Source of the DNA: an uncultured Gammaproteobacteria bacterium | Lineage (GTDB): Bacteria; Patescibacteriota; Microgenomatia; UBA10105; UBA927 | Length of the DNA stretch: 64,000 nt | Direction: 5' to 3' | Assembly: GCA_964629685.1 (NCBI GenBank) | Contig: CAZVTT010000001.1 | Span: 833,319-897,318, forward strand | Part shown: piece by piece, positions 18,898-28,384 of the stretch | Layout of the letters: every line of letters begins with the position of its first letter | How positions within the stretch are numbered: position 1 is the first letter of the stretch | Position numbers and translations under genes: made by a program | The notes under the pieces: model-generated | Database searches by the model: none | What the model was told of the DNA's origin: nothing | Seen by the model: the letters and a program-made list of their open reading frames with translations, nothing else

Positions 18898-20352
18898 ATG
18901 GTAATACTTAAGCCAGACGCGTTACCGCAGCAACGTTTCCATGCCGGTCAGCGGTTGTATTTTGTTGGTATAAAAGGTGTCGCCATGACAGCGTTAGCAG
19001 TATGGGCAACACAGATAGGGTGTATCGTCGTTGGTTCGGATTTACAACCGGATTTTCCGACGAAAGATCCGTTAACGCAAAGTGGAATAGTTCCTCTTAT
19101 CGGATTTAACCCTGATCATATAGAAAAAAGCTTACCGCTGGATGCAGTTATATACACCGGAGCTCACGGTGGAGCAACCAATCCGGAAGTGGTGCATGCC
19201 CAAGAGTTGGGTATCCCCGTATATGCACAGGGAGTGGCATTGGGAATGTCGATGCAGGGGAAAGAACAGGTCAGCGTGGCAGGTTGTCACGGAAAAACCA
19301 CCACCACGGCAATGGTTGCAACCATATTTATGCATGCTGGTCTGGATCCTTCATATGCGGTTGGATGTGGCGGCATCAGCGGTCTCGGTTTACCTGGACA
19401 CGCGGGGTTAGGTAAGTATTTTATTGCCGAGGCTGATGAATATATAACGGATCCGACATCAAATCACACACCCAGATTCTTGTGGCAACGGCCCAGTATT
19501 TTAGCTGTTACGAATATAGAGTATGATCATCCCGATGTGTACAGCTCGCTTGAGGAAGTGCAAGGCGCCTACTTATCGTTGCGTCAGCAGCTGGGGAAGC
19601 AAGGTAAGGCGGTAATAAATGGAGATGACCAGAACAGTGTGAAGTTACGGGAGGGGATGTATCAAGATGCTATTACTTTTGGAACAAATGAGTCAGCACT
19701 GTATCGGATTAAAGATGTAGTTGATCAGCCTGGTAATACTCGTTTTTCGTTAATCACCCCGGAGGGTACGTATTCATTTACGCTTAAAGTTCCCGGCCGT
19801 CATAATGTCGCTAATGCCACAGCCGCTATTGCCGTGGCACGGATAGCAGGAATATCCTGGGAGAATATAGCTGAAGGGTTAGAGCGATTTAAAGGAACAA
19901 AAAGGCGTTTGGAAACAGTCGGTGTGCGCAATGGTGTGTCGATAATAGACGATTATGCACATCATCCGACGGAAATACGTGCTTCTATTGCGGCGTTGCG
20001 AGACTGGTTTCCCACAAGGCGTATAGTCGTTATATTCCAACCGCACACGTATACCCGTACGAAGGCATTGTTATCCGAGTTCGGTACCGCATTTATTAAG
20101 GCTACTACAGTAGCAATAGCGCCGATATATTCATCAGCAAGAGAACAAAATGCAGCAGATTTAAGCTCGGAAACCGTCGCGGAACGGATACGAGTTACGG
20201 GTAAACCTGCCGTAACTGTACCGGAATATACAGATGTAGTACAATTTCTCGAACGGAACACCGGAAACGGAGATCTTGCAGTATTTATGGGTGCCGGAGA
20301 TATAAATGAATGGGCGTACAAGTATGCAAAATCCTCAGAAATACTCGGATGA
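18898..20352 (+). CDS. murC: UDP-N-acetylmuramate--L-alanine ligase
   Basis: GIKGVAMT, GCHGKTTTT, EADEY, NIEYDHPD, DDYAHHPTEI, FQPHTYTRT. Confidence 0.95.
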   Translation: MVILKPDALPQQRFHAGQRLYFVGIKGVAMTALAVWATQIGCIVVGSDLQPDFPTKDPLTQSGIVPLIGFNPDHIEKSLPLDAVIYTGAHGGATNPEVVHAQELGIPVYAQGVALGMSMQGKEQVSVAGCHGKTTTTAMVATIFMHAGLDPSYAVGCGGISGLGLPGHAGLGKYFIAEADEYITDPTSNHTPRFLWQRPSILAVTNIEYDHPDVYSSLEEVQGAYLSLRQQLGKQGKAVINGDDQNSVKLREGMYQDAITFGTNESALYRIKDVVDQPGNTRFSLITPEGTYSFTLKVPGRHNVANATAAIAVARIAGISWENIAEGLERFKGTKRRLETVGVRNGVSIIDDYAHHPTEIRASIAALRDWFPTRRIVVIFQPHTYTRTKALLSEFGTAFIKATTVAIAPIYSSAREQNAADLSSETVAERIRVTGKPAVTVPEYTDVVQFLERNTGNGDLAVFMGAGDINEWAYKYAKSSEILG

Positions 20353-21331
20353 ATTAGCCTGGTTTGCCGCTAAATTCGGTGAACGGGTAAAACCCAACGA
20401 ACCATTGGGTCGATATACCACATTTAAAATTGGAGGTCCAGCGGATATATTTATTGAGTCGAAAACTCCAGAAGAACTGATAGCCATTGTTCAGTATGCG
20501 CTTAAGCGGAAATTGCCCTATGTTGTTCTTGGTGGTGGGACTAATGTGCTCATTGCCGATAAAGGAATTCGCGGTTTGGTTATAAAAAATTCATCTAAAG
20601 GTATCCGCATTAAAGGTATAAAAGGAAAAATGACGGCGGGTATACCGTCAGGGTTGGTATATGTCGAAGTGGATTCCGGAGTTATGATGAATCAATTGGT
20701 TCGGTTTACGAACGATGAGGGGCTTGCTGGGCTGGAGATGCATTTAGGATTACCGGGTACTGTGGGGGGTGCATTATTTATGAATTCCAAATGGATGCAT
20801 CCGGAGGGTTATGTTGGTGACGTTCTCTATCAAGCAACAATTCTTACTCCTGAGGGAGAAGTCAAAGACGTTCCACAATCTTATTTTCATTTTGGATATG
20901 ATGAAAGTATTCTTCAACACAATGGAGACATTCTTATCAAAGCAGTGTTTGCGTTAAAGCAAACAGATTCTGCTAAGTTATGGGAAATATCCAATAAAAG
21001 TATTGCTTATAGGCGGGAAACTCAGCCTCAGGGTGTGGCGAGTCCCGGTTGTACCTTCCGAAACGTTTCGAAAGCAGAGGCGTTATCAATTCCTACACCA
21101 GGATATACAACCTCGGCAGGATATTTAATTGATCATGCTGGTTTAAAAGGAAAGCCATCAGGATCTGTAAAAATTTCTACCGTCCATGCAAATTTTTTAG
21201 TGAATACGGGAGGGGGTACGGCGAACAATGTGGTACACTTAATACGCGAAGTGCAGGCGCAGGTAAAACAAAAATTTGGAGTTGATTTACATGAGGAAAT
21301 AGTTCATCTGGGCGATTTTTCGGAAAGTTAA
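20324..21331 (+). CDS. murB: UDP-N-acetylenolpyruvoylglucosamine reductase
   Basis: TTFKIGGPA, LGGGTNVL, PGTVGGALFMN, GCTFRN, HANFLVN. Confidence 0.95.
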   Translation: MQNPQKYSDELAWFAAKFGERVKPNEPLGRYTTFKIGGPADIFIESKTPEELIAIVQYALKRKLPYVVLGGGTNVLIADKGIRGLVIKNSSKGIRIKGIKGKMTAGIPSGLVYVEVDSGVMMNQLVRFTNDEGLAGLEMHLGLPGTVGGALFMNSKWMHPEGYVGDVLYQATILTPEGEVKDVPQSYFHFGYDESILQHNGDILIKAVFALKQTDSAKLWEISNKSIAYRRETQPQGVASPGCTFRNVSKAEALSIPTPGYTTSAGYLIDHAGLKGKPSGSVKISTVHANFLVNTGGGTANNVVHLIREVQAQVKQKFGVDLHEEIVHLGDFSES

Positions 21332-21333
21332 TT

Positions 21334-22677
21334 ATGGCAAATTTAAGCAAATTTATTGTCCGTGGCGGCAAACGGTTAACGGGCGAAGTTACTATACCGG
21401 GTGCCAAAAATGTGGCGCTTAAGATATTTATTGCGTCGTTACTGACGGATGATCAGATAGTGCTGCATAATGTCCCCCTGATACGAGATGTTCGTGCTCT
21501 GCTCGATATTCTCGAAAGCTTAGGTGTACATAACACCATAAATGACCATACGATCACTATTAAAGCAGGATCCCATATTAATACCACCGTGCCGCTTGAT
21601 CTGGGTGGCCGATTGCGAACATCATCCATGGTCCTGGGACCAATGCTCGCGCGCTTTGGTGCAGCGACAGTGCCGAATCCCGGTGGATGTCGTATAGGAA
21701 CCAGACCTATAGATAGACATATCGAAGGTCTTCGGCAGATGGGAGCGAATATTACATATAAATCGGATGACGGATATTTCTATGCAACCGCTCCAAAATT
21801 ACATGGCACCAATTTTCGTTTTTCAAAAAATACGCATACCGGAACTGAAACACTGCTCCTGGCGGCCGTTCTGGCTGAAGGACAGACGGTGATTGAGAAC
21901 GCAGCTGAAGAAATTGAAGTAGATGATTTGATTGCGTTTCTAAATGATATGGGGGCAAAAGTACGTAGAGAGCATCCACGAAGAATAGTTATAGATGGCG
22001 TTAAGAAATTAACAGGTGGTGAGCATACGATAATGCCGGATAGAAATGAAGAAGTAACCTGGGCAATTGCTGCGGCTTTAACTGACGGTAACGTGACTGT
22101 CAGAAATTCCCAACGTGAAAGTATTACCGCATTTCTTGAATGCTTTGAAAAAGCCGGTGGAGGAATGGAGCCGCTAAACGAAAATACTACCAGATACTTT
22201 AAGGCCAGAGAGATTACCCCGGTAGATATCGTTACTGGTCCTCATCCCGGATTTATGACGGATTGGCAGGCTCCCTGGACAGTGCTTATGACGCAGGCCG
22301 TCGGTACATCTACGGTACATGAAACCGTTTTTGAAAGTCGTTTTTCATATGTTAAAGAGTTGCGGAAGATGGGTGCGAAAATAGATTTTTTTGATCCGAA
22401 AGTAGAAAATCCGGAGGGTTTTTATAATTTTAATTGGGCAGATAAAGCAGATGATTCACACCAAGGAATCAGGGTAACAGGACAGACACCTTTGCACGAT
22501 GCGGTGTTAAGGATAGACGATATTCGTGCGGGGGCCAGTTTGGTTCTGGCGGCACTTATTGCCAAAGGAGAAAGTTATATTCATGGAGTGGAATTAATAG
22601 ACAGAGGGTATGAAGCGATTGAAACCAGATTGGTAGGAATAGGTGCCGATATCCGGCGGGTTCGGGAGGATGAATAG
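21334..22677 (+). CDS. murA: UDP-N-acetylglucosamine 1-carboxyvinyltransferase
   Basis: GAKN, PGGCRIGTRPIDRH (catalytic Cys), PGFMTDWQ, ETVFESR, DIRAGA, IDRGYE. Confidence 0.96.
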   Translation: MANLSKFIVRGGKRLTGEVTIPGAKNVALKIFIASLLTDDQIVLHNVPLIRDVRALLDILESLGVHNTINDHTITIKAGSHINTTVPLDLGGRLRTSSMVLGPMLARFGAATVPNPGGCRIGTRPIDRHIEGLRQMGANITYKSDDGYFYATAPKLHGTNFRFSKNTHTGTETLLLAAVLAEGQTVIENAAEEIEVDDLIAFLNDMGAKVRREHPRRIVIDGVKKLTGGEHTIMPDRNEEVTWAIAAALTDGNVTVRNSQRESITAFLECFEKAGGGMEPLNENTTRYFKAREITPVDIVTGPHPGFMTDWQAPWTVLMTQAVGTSTVHETVFESRFSYVKELRKMGAKIDFFDPKVENPEGFYNFNWADKADDSHQGIRVTGQTPLHDAVLRIDDIRAGASLVLAALIAKGESYIHGVELIDRGYEAIETRLVGIGADIRRVREDE

Positions 22678-22680
22678 TAT

Positions 22681-23994
22681 ATGAAAGAGCTGGTAGCTGT
22701 TGTTCTGGCCGGAGGAAGCGGTAGTCGTTTCTGGCCTTTATCAACCGATAAAATATTATTTCCGTTTTTTCATAAACCCCTTGTTCATTACAGCATAGAG
22801 CAAACATTGCCTAAAGAAGTTCAGCGCGTTGCGGTGGTTACGAACGAGCGAAATGATTCCTACTTAAAGTCTTTAGTGTGGCCTGTGCCGGCCACTACTG
22901 TTTTGCAACCAAAATCGGATGGTATGGCCGCAGCACTTTTATGTGCCCGCCCGTTGGTAAAAAATTGTAGTTTACTGCTGCTCATTGCCGACGACATTAT
23001 AAAACCTTCTTTGCTAGGTGAAGTCATTACGAAAGGATACACCTCAAAGGCTTTCGGAATACTCCCGGGACTCAAGGTGTCTACGTATTTTCCGGGTGGC
23101 TATTTGGATGTGGACCGTAGTCGTATTGTTTCCATAGTTGAGAAGCCGGGAGCAGGAAATGAACCTAGTTCACTGGTAAATATTTCCGGTCATTATATTT
23201 CCGATTCTGATAGACTTTTTGAAACACTTACGCAAGTTGACACTACCACCGACGACCAGTATGAGCAAGCCTTGGCAAAAATGATGAAAGTGGAGACGTT
23301 TGAAGTCCTGCCATACGATGGCTATTTTGCTTCTCTAAAGTATCCATGGCATGTGTTGGAAGTTCAGGATATTCTTTTTGAACGTGCCATTCCTGCCGCT
23401 TATGTCGGTAACCATTGTGATATCAAATCATCCGTAATAATTGAAGGCAATGTCTATATTTCCGATCACGTAAAAATATTTGAAAATACCAAAATTACCG
23501 GTCCGTGTTATATCGGACCGCACACCATAATAGGGAATAATAATATAATTCGACAGAGTAGCATTGGTGCTCACTGTGTAACCGGTTTTAATACGGATAT
23601 TACCCGCAGCTATATTGGAGATCATTGCTGGTTTCACACCAATTATATTGGGGATAGTATCCTGGAAGGAAATATCAGCATGGGTTCTGGTGCAGTTGTG
23701 GCAAACCTACGCCTCGATGAACAGACGGTAGGATCGGTTATAAAAGGTAAAAAAATTGCTACGGGACGGAATAAACTTGGCTCTGTAATCGGGCGGGATG
23801 TTCGGATAGGTGTAAATGCAAGTATTATGCCGGGAGTAAAAATTGGCGCGCGTTCATTTATCGGGGCAGGTGTCGTGTTATCTCAGGATTTACCGGATGA
23901 TAGTCTGTGTCTTCTTCAACAGCAGCAGACCATTTCACTCAATACGCGAAAAGTGAATTCAGGCGCACGTGATCAATTTAGAGAGCGGATATAA
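22681..23994 (+). CDS. Bifunctional sugar-1-phosphate nucleotidyltransferase/acetyltransferase (archaeal-type GlmU-like)
   Basis: LAGGSGSRFWP NTP-transferase domain plus left-handed beta-helix with HTNYIGDS and ANLRLD...TGRNKLGSVIG. Confidence 0.8.
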   Translation: MKELVAVVLAGGSGSRFWPLSTDKILFPFFHKPLVHYSIEQTLPKEVQRVAVVTNERNDSYLKSLVWPVPATTVLQPKSDGMAAALLCARPLVKNCSLLLLIADDIIKPSLLGEVITKGYTSKAFGILPGLKVSTYFPGGYLDVDRSRIVSIVEKPGAGNEPSSLVNISGHYISDSDRLFETLTQVDTTTDDQYEQALAKMMKVETFEVLPYDGYFASLKYPWHVLEVQDILFERAIPAAYVGNHCDIKSSVIIEGNVYISDHVKIFENTKITGPCYIGPHTIIGNNNIIRQSSIGAHCVTGFNTDITRSYIGDHCWFHTNYIGDSILEGNISMGSGAVVANLRLDEQTVGSVIKGKKIATGRNKLGSVIGRDVRIGVNASIMPGVKIGARSFIGAGVVLSQDLPDDSLCLLQQQQTISLNTRKVNSGARDQFRERI

Positions 23995-23999
23995 TACGT

Positions 24000-24725
24000 A
24001 TGATCATGCCTCCGGTTCTATTGCTCCACGGTTGGGGACTTTCGGGAAACCGGTTTTCCGCGGTTGGACGTTTGTTACGCGCTTACGGTTACGCTGTATA
24101 TGCTCCCGATTTCCCTGGTTTTAAATCCGATACTGCGGATGACGTTTCCCGAACATTGAACGATTATGTCGTATTCTTAGCTGATTTTATTACTAAAAAT
24201 AAGATAAAAAGTCCTGTGATCGTGGGGCATTCCTTCGGCGGTCGTGTAGCATTAAAGTATGTAGAAATGCATCCAAATAGTGTTCGAGTACTAATATTAA
24301 CCGGAACACCTGGTTATCGCAGTCAAAATAGTTTAAAGAGAAATTTTTTTATGGTAGTAGCAAAGATGGGAAAGCCATTCTTTCTGCTTCCGGGTTTGCG
24401 TCTTGTGAAAGAAAGGGTGGCAAGCCTGATGTATACTGCAGCGGGAGCCAGGGATTACTCCCGGGCACAAATTGGCTTGCGTCAGACATTTAAGAACATA
24501 GTAGAGGCTAGTTTAGAATCTGCCATGGCTGCGGTGCATATCCCTACGATGCTTTTATGGGGAGAACTGGACAATTTAGTACCGGTTTCAATCGCCAAAA
24601 AAATGCAACGTGCGATAGCGGAATCCACCCTAAGGGTAATACCAATGGCTAAACACTCATTACCGTACGACGATCCGGATATGTTTGCTAAGCTTGTGCA
24701 TGAGTTTATTCAGAACAGAGGATAG
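24000..24725 (+). CDS. Alpha/beta hydrolase
   Basis: LLHGWG, DFPGF, GHSFGG nucleophile, WGELD, KH. Confidence 0.88.
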   Translation: MIMPPVLLLHGWGLSGNRFSAVGRLLRAYGYAVYAPDFPGFKSDTADDVSRTLNDYVVFLADFITKNKIKSPVIVGHSFGGRVALKYVEMHPNSVRVLILTGTPGYRSQNSLKRNFFMVVAKMGKPFFLLPGLRLVKERVASLMYTAAGARDYSRAQIGLRQTFKNIVEASLESAMAAVHIPTMLLWGELDNLVPVSIAKKMQRAIAESTLRVIPMAKHSLPYDDPDMFAKLVHEFIQNRG

Positions 24726-24727
24726 TT

Positions 24728-25966
24728 ATGATTAAATATCCAATTAATGCGGCGTTGTCACCGAATACGGAATCTGAGGATATATCGCAGGCGCTTAGAG
24801 GACTGTTATTACCGGGAATTTGGAAAGGAAACGAGTCGATTAAAAAGGTTACCGACTGGTTTAGTTCCAAGTACCAAACACCCTATGTATTTACGGTAAA
24901 TAGCGGTAGATCTGCCCTTTTCCTTTTGTTGAAGTCTTTTGGTATTGGTTCAGGCGATGAAGTGTTACTCCAGGCATTTACCTGTGTGGCAGTTCCCAAT
25001 AGCATTCTTTGGAACGGGGCAAAGCCTATTTATGTTGACATTGATGCTACGTTAAATTTAGATGTTAACGACATGGAGCGGAAAATTACGGATAAAACGA
25101 AGGCGGTGATTGTTCAGCATACTTTCGGTTATCCGGCGGATATAGTGGCAATTAAGAAATTGTGTGATGCACGAAACATTATTTTAATTGAAGATTGTGC
25201 TCATGCACTGGGTACACGTATTAAAGGAAAAATGGCCGGAATGTATGGTGACGCGGCTTTTTTTAGTTTTGGGAGGGATAAGGTAGTTTCCAGTGTCTTT
25301 GGAGGACTCGCGTTGTTGGACGCACGCAGAAGTAGTGAGGCAAAAAAATTTGAAACGCTCATAACGCGGGTACCATCTTCCCGAAGTGTCTGGACCATTC
25401 AGCAACTGTTACATCCGCTACTGTTTGCCTTTATACTGCCGACATACTCGATAGGAATCGGAAAACTATTACTCGTTTTTTTTCAGAAATTAGGCATACT
25501 ATCGTTTCCGGTATATGCGGAAGAAAAACGCGGAAAACAACCCTCGGATTTTCCGGCAACATATCCCAATGTATTAGCGTACCTGCTGGAACCGCAGCTA
25601 TATAAATTAAACCGATATTTGGATCAGAGACGGAGAATTGCTGCCTATTATGCGGACAAACTGTATAATTATCCTTCGTTTACTTTCCCGAAGTATAATT
25701 CGGATTCAGGATATCTCCGTTTTCCGCTTATTGTGGATAATCCTGAACGGATTACTAAACAGTGCCGTAAGCAAGGTATCCTGTTAGGCAACTGGTATCA
25801 ACATACGGTCGATCCAAAAGGAGTAAATACTGAAACTTCCAGATACATAGTGGGATCTTGTCCTGAAGCGGAACGGATTTCCCGGAAAGTGGTGAATCTA
25901 CCGACATTAATTTCGGAGGAAGCTGCTGAACAAGTAATACGTGTTTTGGTGCAGATTGCAAAATAG
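24728..25966 (+). CDS. DegT/DnrJ/EryC1/StrS family PLP-dependent aminotransferase
   Basis: NSGRSAL, GDEVLLQAFTC, QHTFG, IEDCAHALG, FSFGRDK (PLP lysine). Confidence 0.88.
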   Translation: MIKYPINAALSPNTESEDISQALRGLLLPGIWKGNESIKKVTDWFSSKYQTPYVFTVNSGRSALFLLLKSFGIGSGDEVLLQAFTCVAVPNSILWNGAKPIYVDIDATLNLDVNDMERKITDKTKAVIVQHTFGYPADIVAIKKLCDARNIILIEDCAHALGTRIKGKMAGMYGDAAFFSFGRDKVVSSVFGGLALLDARRSSEAKKFETLITRVPSSRSVWTIQQLLHPLLFAFILPTYSIGIGKLLLVFFQKLGILSFPVYAEEKRGKQPSDFPATYPNVLAYLLEPQLYKLNRYLDQRRRIAAYYADKLYNYPSFTFPKYNSDSGYLRFPLIVDNPERITKQCRKQGILLGNWYQHTVDPKGVNTETSRYIVGSCPEAERISRKVVNLPTLISEEAAEQVIRVLVQIAK

Positions 25967-25968
25967 TT

Positions 25969-26601
25969 ATGGTACACGGTACATTTCCAGGAGTAAGTAC
26001 ACATCCTGTTGGTCAAATGAATGCAAATTGTTACTTCATTCATCATCCTAAATCAGATGAATTATTGATTATAGACCCGGGTGATGACGCCGAATTTTTA
26101 TCTGAAAAAATTATTGAATCTGAGCGTAAACCAGTCGCAATAGTATTAACGCACGGCCATTTCGATCACGTGATGGCTGCATTTGATCTCCAACAAATTT
26201 TTACCGTACCGGTGCGTATGCATAGGGCAGATTCGTTCTTACTAGACAGAATGGTGGAGACAGCAAAGCATTTTTTAGGCTATGAAATTCACGGATTGCC
26301 TCCTGTAGTGCAGTATTTTGATACGGAGGAGCAATTTTTCCACGGCAGTTTCAGGATTACACCGGTGCACATTCCTGGTCATACTCCGGGCAGTGTGTGT
26401 TACATGATTGAATCGATTAATGGATTATTCGTGGGCGATCTGGTTTTTGCGGGTGGAGGGATAGGAAGGACAGATTTCTCGTATTCGTCAATGTCCGATC
26501 TCCGTAAATCTATACAAAAAATTCAGAGTATGGATAAAAATTTAATAGTATATCCCGGGCACGATGAAAGTATGTTCCTGAACGAGATCGTTGTCCGGTG
26601 A
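25969..26601 (+). CDS. Metallo-beta-lactamase-fold hydrolase (glyoxalase II-like)
   Basis: IDPG, THGHFDH, PGHTPGS, GD, GRTDF, PGH. Confidence 0.9.
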   Translation: MVHGTFPGVSTHPVGQMNANCYFIHHPKSDELLIIDPGDDAEFLSEKIIESERKPVAIVLTHGHFDHVMAAFDLQQIFTVPVRMHRADSFLLDRMVETAKHFLGYEIHGLPPVVQYFDTEEQFFHGSFRITPVHIPGHTPGSVCYMIESINGLFVGDLVFAGGGIGRTDFSYSSMSDLRKSIQKIQSMDKNLIVYPGHDESMFLNEIVVR

Positions 26602-26615
26602 TATAATAGAATTAT

Positions 26616-26954
26616 ATGATAAACATTCTTGTCAGATGGTTCATAAATGCCGTAGCGTTGTTTATTGTTTCGAGAATATTAACCGGTTTTATTGTTGATG
26701 ATTTTGTAGCTGCATTGGTGGCAGTACTTATAATCGGATTTGTGAATGCGTTAATTAAGCCTATTTTATCTTTGTTAACTCTTCCGATAAATATACTGAC
26801 ATTGGGACTATTTTCCTTTATATTGAATGCTCTTATGCTGTTGCTGGCGAGTTCTATTACACCGGGTTTCCATATTGACGGATTCGGTACGGCGTTGCTT
26901 GGATCTATATTGCTATCTATCGTGACGATGCTACTCCAGTCGCTGGTGCGTTAA
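26616..26954 (+). CDS. YvlD/DUF360 ('phage holin family') four-TM membrane protein
   Basis: VNALIKPILSLLTLPINILTLGLFSFILNA signature. Confidence 0.88.
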   Translation: MINILVRWFINAVALFIVSRILTGFIVDDFVAALVAVLIIGFVNALIKPILSLLTLPINILTLGLFSFILNALMLLLASSITPGFHIDGFGTALLGSILLSIVTMLLQSLVR

Positions 26955-27964
26955 TGCTTATGCAAATACGAGAAGTTGTTGACAGAGAAGAATGGGAAAT
27001 TTTTTTACTCAAAAATAATCCTGCGGCTTTATTTCAATCATGGGATTGGGGCGAAGTGCAGTTAAAATCGGGTAATAAAGTTATACGGTATGGTTGGTAC
27101 CAGGAAGATAGTTTACAAGCCATCTCTCAGATAGTACTGGTGAATGCTAAGCGGGGTGTTTTTTTACATATCCGGCATGGTCCGGTTATGCAGGACAATT
27201 CAACTGCAGCGTGGGACAGTGTCATTTCGTTTCTGCGGAAGTTGGCTCGAGAGCAGCATGCATTATTCGTGAGAATAAGCCCATTAATACCTGACAGCGC
27301 GGATGTACAGGCAAGACTTCGTGAATATCGATTTATTCCGGCAGCAATTCACGCTATGGATGCAGAATTGTGTTGGCTTTTGGACGTTACACCCAAAGAG
27401 GACGAACTGCTTAAAGCAATGCGCAAAACAACGAGATACGAAGTACGGAAAGCACAAAATTTAGGGGTTAAAATCAGAATTTCGGAATCAGTCGATGACT
27501 TAAAATTTTTTTATGCATTATATGAACAAACAGTTTCCCGGCATAAGTTTATTGGACACAGGGGTATAACGGAAGAGTTTTCTGTTTTTTCATCACGTAA
27601 TCAGGCTGTTCTATTAACGGGTGAGTATGAGGGAAAGATTCTCGCGGCTGCTATTGTTCTGTTTTACGGCAAGCAGGGAATTTATCATCATGGTGCTTCC
27701 GTTTCTTCTAAGGTACCGGTTTCATCCTTAGTACAGTGGGAAGCTATTCGATTAACCAAAGAGCGAGGCTATCCGTTATACAATTTTTGGGGTATCGCTG
27801 ATGATGCAAATGAGCATCACCCCTGGAAAGGTCTAAGTCTGTTTAAAAAGGGTTTTGGGGGATATGAGCAGAAATATCTTCATGCTCATGACCTGCCGAT
27901 TCATCCGTTATATTTTATTCCGCGTTCAGTTGAAATTGTACGGAAACGGATGAAAGGATACTAG
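26954..27964 (+). CDS. FemABX family peptidoglycan aminoacyl (peptide-bridge) transferase
   Basis: FQSWDWG, HGPV, MRKTTRYEVRKA, YHHGAS, QWEAI, YNFWG, GLSLFKKGFGG. Confidence 0.9.
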   Translation: MLMQIREVVDREEWEIFLLKNNPAALFQSWDWGEVQLKSGNKVIRYGWYQEDSLQAISQIVLVNAKRGVFLHIRHGPVMQDNSTAAWDSVISFLRKLAREQHALFVRISPLIPDSADVQARLREYRFIPAAIHAMDAELCWLLDVTPKEDELLKAMRKTTRYEVRKAQNLGVKIRISESVDDLKFFYALYEQTVSRHKFIGHRGITEEFSVFSSRNQAVLLTGEYEGKILAAAIVLFYGKQGIYHHGASVSSKVPVSSLVQWEAIRLTKERGYPLYNFWGIADDANEHHPWKGLSLFKKGFGGYEQKYLHAHDLPIHPLYFIPRSVEIVRKRMKGY

Positions 27965-28008
27965 CGTGTTTGTTTTTTGATGCCGGGCTCTTTATACTTG
28001 CTATATGT

Positions 28009-28380
28009 ATGCGTGAAGTAATCAATCGTCACCATATCTCGTTTAAACATGCTTTTGCAGGTCTGCACTGGGCATTCTCTACACAGCCTAATTTTAGAGT
28101 GCATTTTGTTCTGTCGTTGATTGCGTTGGTTTTAGGGCTAATTCTCGGGATCTCCCGACTGGAGATGGTGATAATCATTTTTACCATTATTTTGGGATTG
28201 AGCGCAGAAATGGTAAATACGGCACTTGAGGCGATGACAGATTTAATTACCAAAGAATGGCGAGCTGAAGCTAAAATAGCGAAAGATGTTTCGGCCGGGA
28301 TGATGTTGCTTACAGCGTTTGGGGCAATTATGGTTTCGGTATATATCTTTGTACCCTATCTGACCCGAATGTTCAGGTAA
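28009..28380 (+). CDS. dgkA: Undecaprenol/diacylglycerol kinase family protein
   Basis: SFKHAFAG, QPNFRVH, EMVNTALE, AKDVSAG. Confidence 0.9.
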   Translation: MREVINRHHISFKHAFAGLHWAFSTQPNFRVHFVLSLIALVLGLILGISRLEMVIIIFTIILGLSAEMVNTALEAMTDLITKEWRAEAKIAKDVSAGMMLLTAFGAIMVSVYIFVPYLTRMFR

Positions 28381-28384
28381 TACT

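Noticed and set aside
25969-26601. MBL-fold protein as a beta-lactamase
   Set aside because: Motifs match the cytoplasmic glyoxalase II-like group and there is no signal peptide.
26616-26954. 'Phage holin' as evidence of a prophage
   Set aside because: The YvlD/DUF360 family is commonly chromosomal. No phage structural, lysin or integrase genes are nearby, and it sits inside dcw.
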